From: Laetmonice hystrix
Taxonomy: Eukaryota
Assembly: GCA_965235115.1 (NCBI GenBank)
Contig: OZ249439.1
Coordinates: 33,666,001 to 33,730,000, forward strand
DNA: 64,000 nt
Reading direction: 5' to 3'
Position numbers and translations under genes: made by a program. Of this stretch, positions 24,180 through 35,737 are shown one piece after another (position 1 is the stretch's first letter; each line of letters opens with the position of its first letter). The notes beneath the pieces are model-generated. The model worked only from the letters and a program-made list of their open reading frames with translations. It was not told the DNA's origin and searched no databases.

Positions 24180-27100
24180 CTAGCGTCCAATGGTAATACC
24201 TAGTAATTAAGTCACATTTTGTTACTTTTGAGAAAAATGGGCATAAGGGTACGACCCTTATAATAAGAGTGGCGAAGATACTTTTGAGGGGTTTAATGGT
24301 GAAAATCACTATTTATCAATTGTTTTAAAATAACTTTCAGAGACATTCTAAAATCTGCTACATAACATGATTAAATGCTACAATAACATGATTTAATGTG
24401 ACTTACTATGTTTTATCTTGGCATTCATGCCAAGGTAAAATATAGTAAGTCACACTTCAGAGCACTCAAAATACATCCGTCAGTAAGTTGAAGTGTATGG
24501 AAGGAGATGAAATGATAAATCAAAAAGTATAACAGTTTTATTTCTCACAAGATTGAAACATTTACCGTACACAAATTTGCTGATAGAATTACTGCAGTTT
24601 ATAAGCCATAAAAAAACTTAATGTAGCCTATACCCAATCAACATTAGTACTAGCTTCAAGCTTGAATATGTATCACCTTAGTCAAACTATTCCTTATCAT
24701 GTCAGTAAGTAGGTCTATGTGTGGGTTTTGTTATCGCAGGTGTTTCAATGTCATCAAAACGAATGAATTCTAGTAGGCTAATCGCCCAGTCTAAGATCTG
24801 GGACATCGGCTTCCGGGATATCAAGCCAAAATTTCCTCTTTGCTGGAGGAACACCTGACTGAAGCAATTTCACGATACCCTGTTTCTTTGCCACAAGAAT
24901 ACCTCGAGGTGTGGTGTGTTTTTTTGGCATTTCAGCAACGAAATTTCCCTTCAGGAATGCAACTTCCTTGGTTGGGTTATTAAAGGAGCCTTCTTTGAAG
25001 AACAGAGATGTGGAGGACTTTCTAAACTCAACCTCAACAACATTGCACAGAAGAGGCATTGTGACGGTTTTTGAATTCCGAGATCTATTGCCTGCCTGGA
25101 AATCATAGAAATCAGAGACCTGCAGGACCACTGGCTTGATGTTTTTGGCAGATTTGTCAACTAGCTCTACAAAATCATCAAAAGTGAGGATCTCATGAGC
25201 CTTCCGCATTTTTATTCCAATGCTACCATGCACGTTATCAGCAGCCATGAACGTGTGACCCTTTTCAAGATATTTGATTTTGATCATGTCTGGGCCCCAT
25301 TCAGAATTTACACATGACACAAGAGCTGTGAAAAGAGTCCAGTTTTTGTTTTGCCCCGAGCAGTTATCTACCCAGAAGAGAACCTTCTCGGATCCACACA
25401 TAGCAACACATTTAATGTAGGCAGAAGCAACATCTGATGCCAATCTCCCTGAGATTGCCTCATGCCAAAGAATGGTATAATGTGGCTGGTTTGATGACAT
25501 GCTCGCAAATGTCTCATTGAATACCACTAGCCGACTAACAAAGAAATGGCTCTTGATAACCATTTTCGGCAAAAGTATGACCTTTTGCATGTCAGCTGCA
25601 AATGTACATATGTCCTCATCAACTGGCTTTTGGTACTCCTCTCTGGCCTTCTCGGCTCTGGCTCTATGTATTGCCATACTGATGCAGGTTTCACATGTCT
25701 CCCCATCATGACCTTCACCAGTTTCCATTTCATGAGACTTAAAGGCCTGGCACTGGTCGCACTCATCTTGTGGGGGCTGTCCAAATGTAATCTTTTCCTC
25801 TTCAAAAACTTTGCGGTATGTCTCATAGCTCACTGAGTGCCCGTTCTCTTTATAATCTTTCCACATGTCTGGAAAAGAATCATTGGTGAATTAAACTATC
25901 AAATTATTTTCTGACAACCTAACATCTAAAATACAGTTATAGGAAATGAAATTCTTCTACGATGTACTTCTTTTACAATGGTAGGGAGGCACTATTTTCA
26001 AAGTCTTTCAAATTGCTTCAGTTAACAGTGTTGGTTATACTGAATTTTCCATCCTGGTCGAATCCGATACTCAGATAGAGCGGGAGATTCTCTTCCACAG
26101 CATAGGTTTTCTCCTGGGGCTCTGATGTCCCCCTACATTACAAACACTGTCCCGTATTATTAATATTGAAAAACTACCTACAATGCTTAAAATAGAAAGA
26201 ATTCTGAATTCCTGAATTCATATTTTTAAAATAAGCATAGCATGGGGATAGATTTTATCGGGCACTCACCAGTAATACTCAGATAAGAATCCAGATATCT
26301 CCTGTTTGGCGCATGCTCCCTTGTATAGTGGCTTACTTGAGGGTGGTAAGAGTTGATATGATGTCTGATGGCATCTGTGTCCACTTTGTTAGTCGGCACA
26401 CTGGAGCCTCGTTTGTCAGTGGTGGGTGATAGAGCCCCCTCCCTGGATGTTTTTGAAGCTACGAATGTGGTGATCATTCCATCCGTTTTCATCCCGAGAG
26501 TATGTAAAAACATAGTTTTGCACACGGATTGATTTCTGCCGTCACCCAATGGTAGGGAATACACAAGTGTTCGCCCTTTTTTCGTATCATCGTTGGCTGT
26601 GACCTTTCTCCTTTTCACCGATAAAATGCTGATATTGCTGTCTAGCCAACTCCTGCGTCCTTCAAAAGGGAGTGTCCAGAATGTAGCATTGATTCTTTCC
26701 CTATGTTCTTCAGTAATTACAGTGGAACATTTTTTGCGACAACTGTCCCCACAGGGCCTGAGCAAAGGGTATTTCTCTTGATAATGCCTCTGCCTGTCGT
26801 CATCTGAACGAAGTCTTTTCCTGCAATTACGAAAATATGATTAGAAACATTGTGAAAACGTTCACAAATTTTAATGAATTTGTTATCTAATTATCAGGCC
26901 CTAGTTTGCTCGCCAGCATTTTAAAGATATTTCTGGATTATTTTAGTTGACTAGCATTATCCAATAATGGTATGCTCTCCTTAGATGAATTTAGTGGCAT
27001 AATGGAAAAATGGGCCAAGTGACTTCAGTTACGTTTTGAGAAAAAGCGACTTTAAGTCTGTACGTGTCCCCTAGTTCTATATAACGTGAAATGATTCAAA

Positions 27101-28649
27101 TTATGTTACTATTATATTTACTAATGAATCTCACCAATAAAATGGAATGTGTATAATGTGTATCTAACATTAATTCATTGATCAAAATTTCATTTTTTAA
27201 ATTTTTTTGATCACTTGGCCCACTTTTTCCAATTAACCACTTAGCCCCCTTTTCCCCATAACCCAAGTCTGCCCTTATTTCACTTGACCCAGTTTGCACC
27301 AATGGCCCTTTAATGCAACTTGGCCTACTTTTACATTCAAGAATTTTCACGATTTAGAATATGCACTTCTTTTGAAGATCAACAAATGGAAAGTGAATGC
27401 TCCTGTTGGTCATGTATTTGTGCAGGGAGCATTCATATTTCATATAAAATGATTAACTCATTTTTCAGAAAAATGTCACAGCCTACTTTTCCCCTACCTT
27501 ACTCGTAAAGCTAGGCTCACATAATTATGGATACTTTTACCCTAAGCCACTCAATTGTTAAGATGAGGTTTGGTTTTGCTGTGATTGGAACTTATTTAAG
27601 CGGGAAAAGAAGGGGCACAGGCTGTTTGCATTAATGCATTAGGATTTCTAATAGCAAAAGTTATATTTCAGATTGCCGTTTTTTATACTTGAGAATAGTC
27701 TAGGTGACATTTAAAGTTCACTTACTTTTTTCTGTGATGGGCATCTGGCTGGTCATTATGATTATCAGCTGCTTGTGTGGCGTTAGGTTCATGCTGCTCA
27801 TCGTCCGTGTGATTATCAGCTTCCATGGCTTCAATAGTTTGCTCAGGAGCAGCTTCATCTGTGATAACAAGCTCATGAAGAGTGGCTCCTTCAGGTAATA
27901 CAATATCAGTTAGGTCGTTCACATCTATTACATCAACTGCCATGGTGTCCATCATGTCATCGGTGCTGTTAACATTTGAGTCGTACATTTCAGCTGAAGT
28001 AGGCAGCCCATACATTGTGCTGGTGTCACTGGTACTCTCCATATCCTGGTCAGGTAACGCCTGGCCATTAGCAACACTCTCATCAGCAGCTGCTGATGTA
28101 GGTGATGTAGGTGATATAGGCTCATGCATAGTGTGGTGTGTATGTAGGCCTGCACCTGAGGTAGGCCTGGCACCTTGCATGTTTAGAGAAGAATGCCCAC
28201 TGTCACCAACATTAACTTGGAATAAAGCGTTATTTGATTCCCCTGACTTATCCCTCACCTTTTTCAAGGCAAGTTCAACCATCTTCTGGCCCCTGGATAA
28301 CATTTTGAAGCGATCAAAAAATCACGTAACGGTTGCAGAGCATGGGGGCGGCCATTGTTGTAGCCGTCACGTCATGGTGGGTCATGTGATCTAAAGACCT
28401 AGCATGTCACATGATGCACTTAGTGCACAATGGAAAAAGCTAGCAAGTGCTCTTACTAGGTTTTACCACTGGATACATGTCTTAGTGGTGGACTTGCTAT
28501 GTTTTCCCTCAGTAATTCTGAAGTCATGGAGGACTTTTTCCAAATGATAATAACATACATCTGTTGGAACAAACCCAGTAAGTAACATTTTGACGTTAAC
28601 TCACTTTTTTTCAAAATGTGACTTACTAGGTATTTCCATTGGACGCTAG
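24180..28649 (-). mobile_element. Sola1 DNA transposon (4.47 kb) inserted in the ISL2EU THAP exon
   Basis: 27-bp TIR CTAGCGTCCAATGG(T/A)AATACCTAGTAA. Flanks TACT (24176-24179) and CACT (28650-28653) form a 4-bp TSD with one mismatch. Removal restores N-S-D-S-R-Y-S-D-R-D-Y-M. Confidence 0.85.
24778..28303 (-). CDS. Sola1 transposase, three exons (28303-27726, 26820-26270, 25868-24778), 739 aa, apparently intact
   Basis: GT-AG junctions join in frame (HRKK-KRLR; LSIT-DMWK); 2220 nt including the stop. Motifs SHYTREHAPNRRYL, FGQPPQDECDQC, DMQKVILLP, WHEAISGR, DNCSGQNKN, KYLEKGHTFMAADNVH. Confidence 0.85.
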
Positions 28650-28939
28650 CACTGTCACTGTTACAGAGACCGTAACAACAGTGTCTGGTGGCTCCTCTCT
28701 TGTTTAACTGAGAAGTGACCGGGGCCTCTGCAGTGTCCCTGGCCTCCATGTTCAGTTTTGTAGCAGAACGTCAGAAAAATATCCCTAAACACTCCTAAAA
28801 TCAGGAAAAATGTTCAAGAGCGCAGGTAGGACAACGCTGCAGGCTGCGGTTTGTTTGTCCTACTTGTTCCCAATAAACATACGCATGCGCGCTGGCCAGT
28901 TCTATTTTTAGGCACACAGGCCGGTCGCTGACAAGCGCT

Positions 28940-28967
28940 ATTATAAGCCCCTGTTGGGGGCTAAAAA
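28940..28967 (+). mobile_element. Right part (terminal hairpin) of the HINE split by the ISL2EU element
   Basis: ATTATAAGCCCCTGTTGGGGGCTAAAAAG matches ATTATAAGCCCCCGTTGTGGGGCTAAAAAG at 47341-47370. Confidence 0.8.
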
Positions 28968-28999
28968 GAGATGACTGTGCACAGTGTCACATACTATGT

Positions 29000-29165
29000 T
29001 CATTGACAGCGATTACTCAGAAGTGTATGGGTCGATTTCTTTGAAACTTCACACAATGATCAGGGATGATCTGAGGATGGTGCACGTTGAACAGATTTTT
29101 GATATTCTTCAAAATGGCCGCTTGGCGGCCATCTTGGATGTAAACACAAATTCGTGTTTGTAAAC
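29000..29165 (-). mobile_element. Fragment of the same HINE family, inverted
   Basis: The reverse complement aligns with about 47150-47295 (CAAGATGGCCGCCAAGCGGCCATTTTGAA...TTTCAAAGAAATCGACCCATACACTTCTGAG). Confidence 0.75.
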
Positions 29166-30021
29166 TTAACCACATTGCGATAGTCAGAAAAGGGTTAATA
29201 CAGCGGAACCCCACTATAATCTTTATGTGCCAGTTAGTAGACATACAGGGCTGCCTGATAAAAAATATTTCATTCAAATCTGAATTGAGCGCCCTCAACT
29301 GCCCACCAAAATTTTACAATTTTCCGGAACTCCTTCCATTGTAGATTGACATCAATCAAAATAAAGCTGGGCAATCATTGGCGCATTGAGATATTTCAAT
29401 TTCAAAAGCTAATTTTGTTAGAAGTCAAATTTTGGCCCTCAAAAAACTGACCCTTCTAGAGGCCCTAGAAAAACAAACGTTGGGTTTAGGGATCTAGAAA
29501 TTGAGGATTTTTCTATTTACCAATAGGCCTTCCACCAAAAAGAATTTCAGGCAAATCTGAGGGGGTCATATATCACCCTCCAATGGTAATCCGCCTGAAT
29601 CTGAAAAAAATCGACTCTTAACTTTCTTTTTAACATTTATAGTTTTTATAAACTTTTGTTAGAGTCTACGACACATGGATTTGTTATGACCTGTTATATA
29701 AAAACCGGTTAGGGTATATTAAAAGTTGAAATACAAGAGATCGGGGGCCTCAATACAATCACTTTTGATCAGAGATACATGTAGGCCTACTTCTACAATC
29801 TACCAACTTGCCTCATCATATCAGCCAACTTGATCTCTTGAGTGGGTATGTAGCTTCTCTCAGTGGAGGGCTTTGCTTCTCTCTAGTACTCACCGCTACC
29901 AACTCTTGTTGTAATAATATTTGAAAACAGTATTTGTTTGTTTGGGATCATTTCTCTGTTTAATCCAATCACGCACCCATGTTGTGTGCCTTCTCTTAGG
30001 TTTGCTCAATAATTTTAAATC

Positions 30022-30254
30022 ATCTTCTTCAAAGAAATGAGTAGCTATACCCGCCGCACACAACCCCTACTCTTATCGATAGGTGCCAAGGGATCTTTAA
30101 CGTGCCCCTCCACATAGACGTATCGTGACACGGCCGGCCTTTGATAAAGCAGTCGGCAGCACTGCTTATGCAGGAAAGTCCGGCGCGGCCGCGGATCGAA
30201 CCCAGAACCCTTGGATCAAAGGTCCCGTGCTCTAACCACTGTGCCACCCCACCC
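30022..30254 (-). mobile_element. tRNA-derived SINE
   Basis: Minus strand has box A (GGTGGCACAGTGG) and box B (GGTTCGATCC), then a non-tRNA body (GGCACGTTAAAGATCCC...) and a GAAGAAGATGA tail. No acceptor stem closure. Confidence 0.75.
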
Positions 30255-30255
30255 G

Positions 30256-31030
30256 GGATGGAAGCCTTGCCGATGCCAGATATGGATGCTCACACGGTTG
30301 CCAGCCTTTTGTTTAAAGAAATTTTCTGTCGTTTTGGATGCCCAAAGATTCTGCACTCTGATCAAGGTCGCCAGTTTGAGAGTACACTTTTCAGGGAGTT
30401 GTGCAAGCTGTGCAATGTAGACAAAACGAGAACTACTGCACTACATCCGGCCAGTGATGGAATGGTGGAGCGGTTCAACAGGACCCTGGAAGCCATGCTT
30501 ACAAAGTTAGTGGATAGCAACCAGAGGAATTGGGACGAGTGTCTTCCTCTGGCAATGCTTGCTTACCGTTCTGCAGTCCATGAGAGTACTGGATTTTCGC
30601 CATGTCGTATGATGCTTGGGCGAGAGGTAGAACTTCCAACTGACCTGTTGTTTGGCAAGCCGCCTGAAGTGCCTGTGTCTAGCGCAGATTTTGTGTCTAA
30701 ACTGCCAGAGACAATGTGGAAAATACATGAAAATGCCAGGGGGAACTTAAAGATTTCCAGTGATAACCAGAAAAGGTATTACGATCATCGGGCTCACAAG
30801 ATAGCGTATCGCCAAGGTGACCCAGTTTGGCTTTATATTGGCCGAAGCGAAAAAAAGGTGTGTCGCCTAAACTACAGAAGGATTGGGTCGGGCCATTCTT
30901 AATAGTTCGCGTCTTGGACGACCGTCGCTATGTCATCCAGAGGACACCAGGTGGAGCAAAACAGATGTTCCATCACAACCGACTTTAGAAATTTCATGGG
31001 CCAGTGGGAAATGGGCCTGTTCGGGAGAGA
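30256..31030 (+). pseudogene. Gypsy/Ty3 integrase C-terminal part, 5'-truncated and frameshifted near 30845
   Basis: FCRFGCPKILHSDQGRQFES, RTTALHPASDGMVERFNRTL, LAYRSAVHESTGFSP. After the shift, KLQKDWVGPFLI..VLDDRRYVIQ (GPY/F region). Confidence 0.9.
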
Positions 31031-31609
31031 GTGGATGGCGACATGTGAACAGTTATATCTATTTTCAGTTGTTCCATTTTTGCAAAAACGCACGCCGCAC
31101 ACCGCACACCGCAAACCGTGTGCATGTGAAAGCGGCTTAAGGCTCCTAGTTGGCACCAAGATTACCAGTTGAATTAATCTTCAGCTTGTGTTTCATCCTT
31201 ACAGATCATGTCTAAGAACGTCTGCAGGCAGTGCGACATCAGTTTTATCAGCTTTGCAGAGCTGGAGAGGCACCACACCCAGCACTAATGCCCGACTGCA
31301 TTGATGAGATGCCCGCTTTGTGACTACAGGACGGGCGGGGAAGACGGCATGAGCCGGCACTTCCTAAGCAGCCACAAGCCCGGTAGGAGGAGGAAGAGAT
31401 CCCGAAGCCCCGCCGAACCCAGGAAGGCCCGCAGCACCAGTTCCGGAGGTTAAGAGGAGGAGGAAAAGTTCGCCTCCGCAGCCCCAGGTCAGGAGCACCG
31501 TTGCCCCGGCTCCCCACTCGCAGGCTCCGAAGTCCCCCAAGTCGGCCCCGAAGGCCCCTACGCCAGCCCCGAAGCTCCCCACACCAGCTGCGGAGAAGAT
31601 CCAGCCAGT

Positions 31610-32620
31610 CCCTGATGTGTAGGGTCGTCCAGTAGTAGCAGTGTTAGACCGCAAAGTCTTTAAACTAGTGTAGCAGTCCCTGATGTGTAGGGTCGTCCAG
31701 TAGTAGCCATGTTAGACCGGAATGTCTCTAAACTATAGGATAGAAGTTTCGGATGTGTCATGTCATCCAGTAGTAGCCATGTTAGACCGGAATGTCTCTA
31801 AACTATAGGATAGAAGTCTCGGATGTGTCGTGTCATCCACTAGTAGCCATGTTAGACCGGAATGTCTCTAAACTATAGGATAGAAGTCTCGGATGTGTCG
31901 TGTCATCCACTAGTAGCCATGTTAGACCAGAATGTCTTTAAACTATAGGATAGAAGTCTCGGATGTGTAGTGTCATCCAGTATTTTACCGTTTAGACCGG
32001 AAAGTCTTTAAACTTCATGTTGTGTACAAGTATACAGGATGTAGGAGTCATCTAGTAGTATACCAGTACCTCGTTTAGACTGGAAAGTCTTTAAACTTCA
32101 TGTCATGTACAAGTATATAGGATGTAGGGGTCATCTAGTAGTATACCAGTACCTCGTTTAGACCGGAAAGTCTTTAAACTTCATGTCATGTACAAGTATA
32201 CAGTATGTAGGGGTCATCTAGTAGTATACCAGTAACTCGTTTAGACCAGAAAGTCTTTAAACTTCGTGTTGTGTACCAGTACAGGATGTAGGGGTCATTC
32301 AGTAGTATACAAGTAACTCGTTTAGACCAGAAAGTCTTTAAACTTCGTGTCATGTACAAGTATATGATGTAGGGTCATCCAATGGTGCCAGTTACTGTTT
32401 TAGACCGGAAAGTCTTTAAACTTCGTGTCATGTACAAGTAAAGGATGTAGGGGTCATCCAGTAGTATACAAGTAACTCGTTTAGACCAGAAAGTCTTTAA
32501 ACTTCGTGTCGTGTACAAGTATAGGATGTAGGGGTCATCCAATGGTACCAGTTACTGTTTTAGACCGGAATGTCTTTAAACTACAGTAATTCAGTATAGT
32601 GCTTACTCGGATATATAGGG
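31610..32620. repeat. Tandem array of about 13 units (70 bp grading to about 80-84 bp) between pol and the 3' LTR
   Basis: TAGTAGCCAT at 31701, 31771, 31841, 31911 (period 70). Later TTTAGACC recurs every 78-84 bp. Shared core TTAGACC(G/A)GAA(T/A)GTCT(T/C)TAAACT. Confidence 0.9.
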
Positions 32621-32921
32621 ACCATCCTGGAGTAAGGTAAAAGGTTTTCATATTTACATGTGGTAATGGTGCAATTGTTAACTCACCGGAAGCAACATTT
32701 GTGCCTGGAGATGAAGATTGTCGGTGGAAGATGACTGTCCTTGGGAGAAGACCGTCGCCATCAGGAGTTCTGTAACTAAATGTATATTGTATATATTGCG
32801 CAAGTCACTATGTAAGATATTGTAAATAACTGTCTATTTGTAATGGTTTAAATGATAGAATCTATGGTAAATGTGTAACACTCACCGGTCAGATGTAGTT
32901 TTGTTCGGGACGAACATTCTG

Positions 32922-33300
32922 TAAAGTAGGGAGGTGTGTAACGATCCTGCGGTATCGTGCTTAGTAATGTCCTTTAGACACTCTTAGTAACTAGGCTTAC
33001 TGATGGAAGACGGCGGTCGGCATCGTTAAGGCCAGGCCCCGGTTGGCTGCCAGCACCAGTTGTAAACACTTATCGCAAGTTTCGCAGTTTTAGTGAAGTC
33101 ACGCAACTTTTGTCAATGCTACGTGATCGGCGCGAGAGCCGCCTATGTTTGGGCTGTAACGTCATAGTTTTATCAAGTCAATGCAAAGCCAATGGTGATT
33201 ATAGTCTCGTGACATAGTCTCATCATTTGAGAGTCATTTAGTGACGTCTGTAAATAGGAGTGCATCACAACGGTTTGTCACTCTGGTTTGTGTCATCACA
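32922..33300 (+). mobile_element. Gypsy polypurine tract and putative 3' LTR (about 32937-33300)
   Basis: TTCGGGACGAA, then the purine tract AAAGTAGGGAGG, then TGTAACG at 32937. Candidate end GTCATCACA at 33300. No 5' LTR is present to confirm the end. Confidence 0.6.
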
Positions 33301-33867
33301 CGGTAAGGGTCGCCTACTATAATGGCTATGTAGAAGCGGAGAACTACATGTGAACAGTACCGTATGGCTGTACAGTGTACATACGTGTTGGACCCAATTT
33401 ACTATTTGAAAAGTTAATTCTCTGTTTGTTGCTGAATTTCGTTTACCCATTTGGAGTTAATCATCTTGATGCCTTACATTACGATCCTACGATCATTCAA
33501 GCCAATCAAGATGGCCGTCCCCTAAGGACCTGTCGACGTGGTGTGGGAGGATTTTAGCCCAGCTACAAATGGATTTACGATCGTGATTAATTATTTTCAA
33601 CCAAAATGTTTATTAACTGATTGAGACCACATAGAATCTATTGATCATGTAAAACGCGGAACGGATTATCTCTCAGATCAAGCTTGAATCTATTCATATC
33701 GGACGATATTGGAGGAAATTCACCGGTGGCGCACGTAACCAAGGACGCACAATACACACACGTTTCCTTATACCGTGAGAACTCAAACAATCACCTCACC
33801 CGCGGTAATCACTTCAACTGCTTCTACTCAATGTGTTCCTTATACTGTAAACTCCGCACCACATACC

Positions 33868-35472
33868 ATGTCAAGCTTTCATCAACAGCCGAATGTTGCG
33901 AATGCCCAAATCAGGCCAACTTTTGCTCCACCACAATACCCGTTACCCATGGCTGGTACATTGCCCTTCACCGCCCAACAACAACCAGACATGTCTATGA
34001 TTCAAGATCAAAACAATGTACACACAAGACCTCCCACCCAACAATCGGGCCCACTGTTGGCAATGGGCTCTCAACCATGTGCTATGAATAAATCACAATG
34101 TCTAAACATACATCCAAATCTTGATGGGCTAACGCACAATGATAAAATGGAGCAGATGATGCTAAATCTCACCTCTGCCATATGCCAAGTTGCCTCCAGT
34201 ATGGAACAAATTAAAACGGCCAACAACTCGATGAGTCTTATGGTAGAACAATTATAGCGTGACGTCATAAACACTAAACAGGAACTTGATGGCACTCAAC
34301 AACTAGCACTTATCACCAGACAAGAACTTCAAGATCTCCAGGACCGAGTCACTCATTTGGACAATCGTGTTCTAACCAATGAACGTTTGGCCATGAACGC
34401 CACTTCAAGAACCTTATCCCTTGAAGGTAGAGTTACATCATCGGATCAGTTACCCCAGAATCAGCAAGCTACATATGGATCCACAAGTAACAGAGAGATG
34501 AGACTCATCATTAGAGGTGTCCCTGAGGATCCACAAGAGGATCTCGATGCTCTGGTGCAGCGCATCTTCACTACAATGAGCCTACCGTTTCGAGTCAGTG
34601 ATACAAAAGGTGTGACTCGATTAGGGAAACCCATTGAGAACAACACCTTCTCAATGGGTTCCCTACTCAACAGCAACGGTCACCCCAAATATGGACGACC
34701 CGTTATGTTGTCGCTCGACAAGATTCATCAGAAATACATAATCTTCTCACACCAGAAAAATCTGCGCAATCATGGCTTGTTTGGACGTGTGAGATTCTCT
34801 GATGACATGACTGAAGAAGAGTCTATGCACTACCGAGAAGCGAAGCAGATCTGCAATGCGATGAAACGTCACACAACTGATGTTAAGCTTCGCGGAACCT
34901 CAGTAATCATTGAGGGCAATGAATACCCATACTCCGACTTCAATAAACTGCCTTATGGTGTCACCCTCGAGTCCGCATCAACCATTGACACCTTGGACGG
35001 CATCGCTTTCCAGGGCCATTCCAGCCTTCTAAGCAATGTTTTTCCGTGTAAGTTGGAACTAAATGGAGAGAAAGCAAACAGTGTAGAGCAACTCTATGTT
35101 CTCAGAAAAGCGAAGGAATCCCTGGCCGACCCCACGCTAACTCAACAGATTAGAAATGCAACCTCCCCCTATCAGATAAAATGCCTCTCAAAAAGGATAC
35201 CATCTTCTGACAAATGGAATCAAATGTCTGTTGCAATCTTGAAGGAGTATGTGGAACTTAAATTCTTGAAATTCCCTGATCTCATGAGTAAACTCCAAGG
35301 ATGCAAGGGCGAGTTTATCTACGAGGCTACCCTTGAGAAACCCTATGGAGCTGGGTTTCTTAACGACGCACCCCAATTCTCGCATAATCAATTGAATGAT
35401 GAGTATGATAATTTAATGGGAGTTATCCTTCAAGACATTCGCAAGAAGCACAAACGTGTGGTTAAATCGTGA
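33868..35472 (+). pseudogene. LINE A ORF1: P/Q-rich N-terminus, coiled coil, RRM-like domain, C-terminal NADAR domain (about 35002-35445); one in-frame stop
   Basis: The ORF-track pieces 33775-34257 and 34357-35472 share a frame and are separated only by TAG at 34255-34257. ORF1-type motifs RLIIRGVPE, TRLGK, RPV, FSDDMT. NADAR motifs LSN.FPC, SVEQLY..RKA, W, LKF, IYEAT...YGAG, NLMGVILQDIR. Confidence 0.82.
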
Positions 35473-35737
35473 ACTGATCGTCAGTCCGCCTTTGTTTTGC
35501 CTATGGCCCTATATTTACAAACAAGCCCATAGTTTTATTTTGGTCAATGTATACACCCCTTGCACTGGGCCCTTACGTAATGGTTACGTCACGACTCTGC
35601 ATGAGTCCCACACCTTGGTTTTTACCTGAGCAGCGCCCGCACACGTACTCATTGCATTCCACCCGTCCACAAGCTGCCTTTCCCAGGATTGTATATTTAC
35701 TACCTAAATATTCGGACCTCTTTGCATATCGCCGGGA

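Larger units (their letters stand above)
12320..28749 (-). pseudogene. ISL2EU THAP-HTH-DDE_Tnp_4 transposase gene, disrupted. Coding pieces: 28749-28650, 24179-23949, 22040-21852, 19879-18930, 12492-12320
   Basis: THAP (HCCYGLCNSDS|RYSDRDYMQGVTWIPFPKP...W..ACGR...LCNKHF) is split by Sola1. GT-AG introns at 23948-22041 and 21851-19880. HTH motif LLLTLMKLRQAFPNQDLAYRFSIS. DDE motifs IIDCFEI, YSSYKNHCTLK, SDREI, ADRGF, and TK|RIA..RIHVERAI split by the hAT element. In-frame TGA at 19334-19336. Confidence 0.9.
6078..28939. mobile_element. ISL2EU-type (PIF/Harbinger-related) DNA transposon, 22.9 kb including nested insertions
   Basis: Terminal inverted repeat (TIR) AGCGCTTGTCAG(T/C)GAC at both ends, with AT at 6076-6077 and 28940-28941. 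Removal gives GGTCAAATTATAAGCCCC, matching the empty copy GGTCGAATTATAAGCCCC near 47330. It carries convergent YqaJ and THAP-DDE_Tnp_4 genes, the established ISL2EU gene pair. Confidence 0.88.

Noticed and set aside
5995-29030. Long-range inverted repeat (5995-6023 versus 29000-29029) defining a larger composite transposon
   Set aside because: Both are pieces of the same HINE family found again at about 47270, and no TSD brackets them.
30170-30254. tRNA gene
   Set aside because: A and B boxes are present but the sequence runs into a SINE body and tail without a closing acceptor stem.
31610-32620. CRISPR-like array (palindromic core repeated at regular spacing)
   Set aside because: The sequences between cores are related to each other rather than unique spacers, there are no cas genes, and the context is a eukaryotic Gypsy element.
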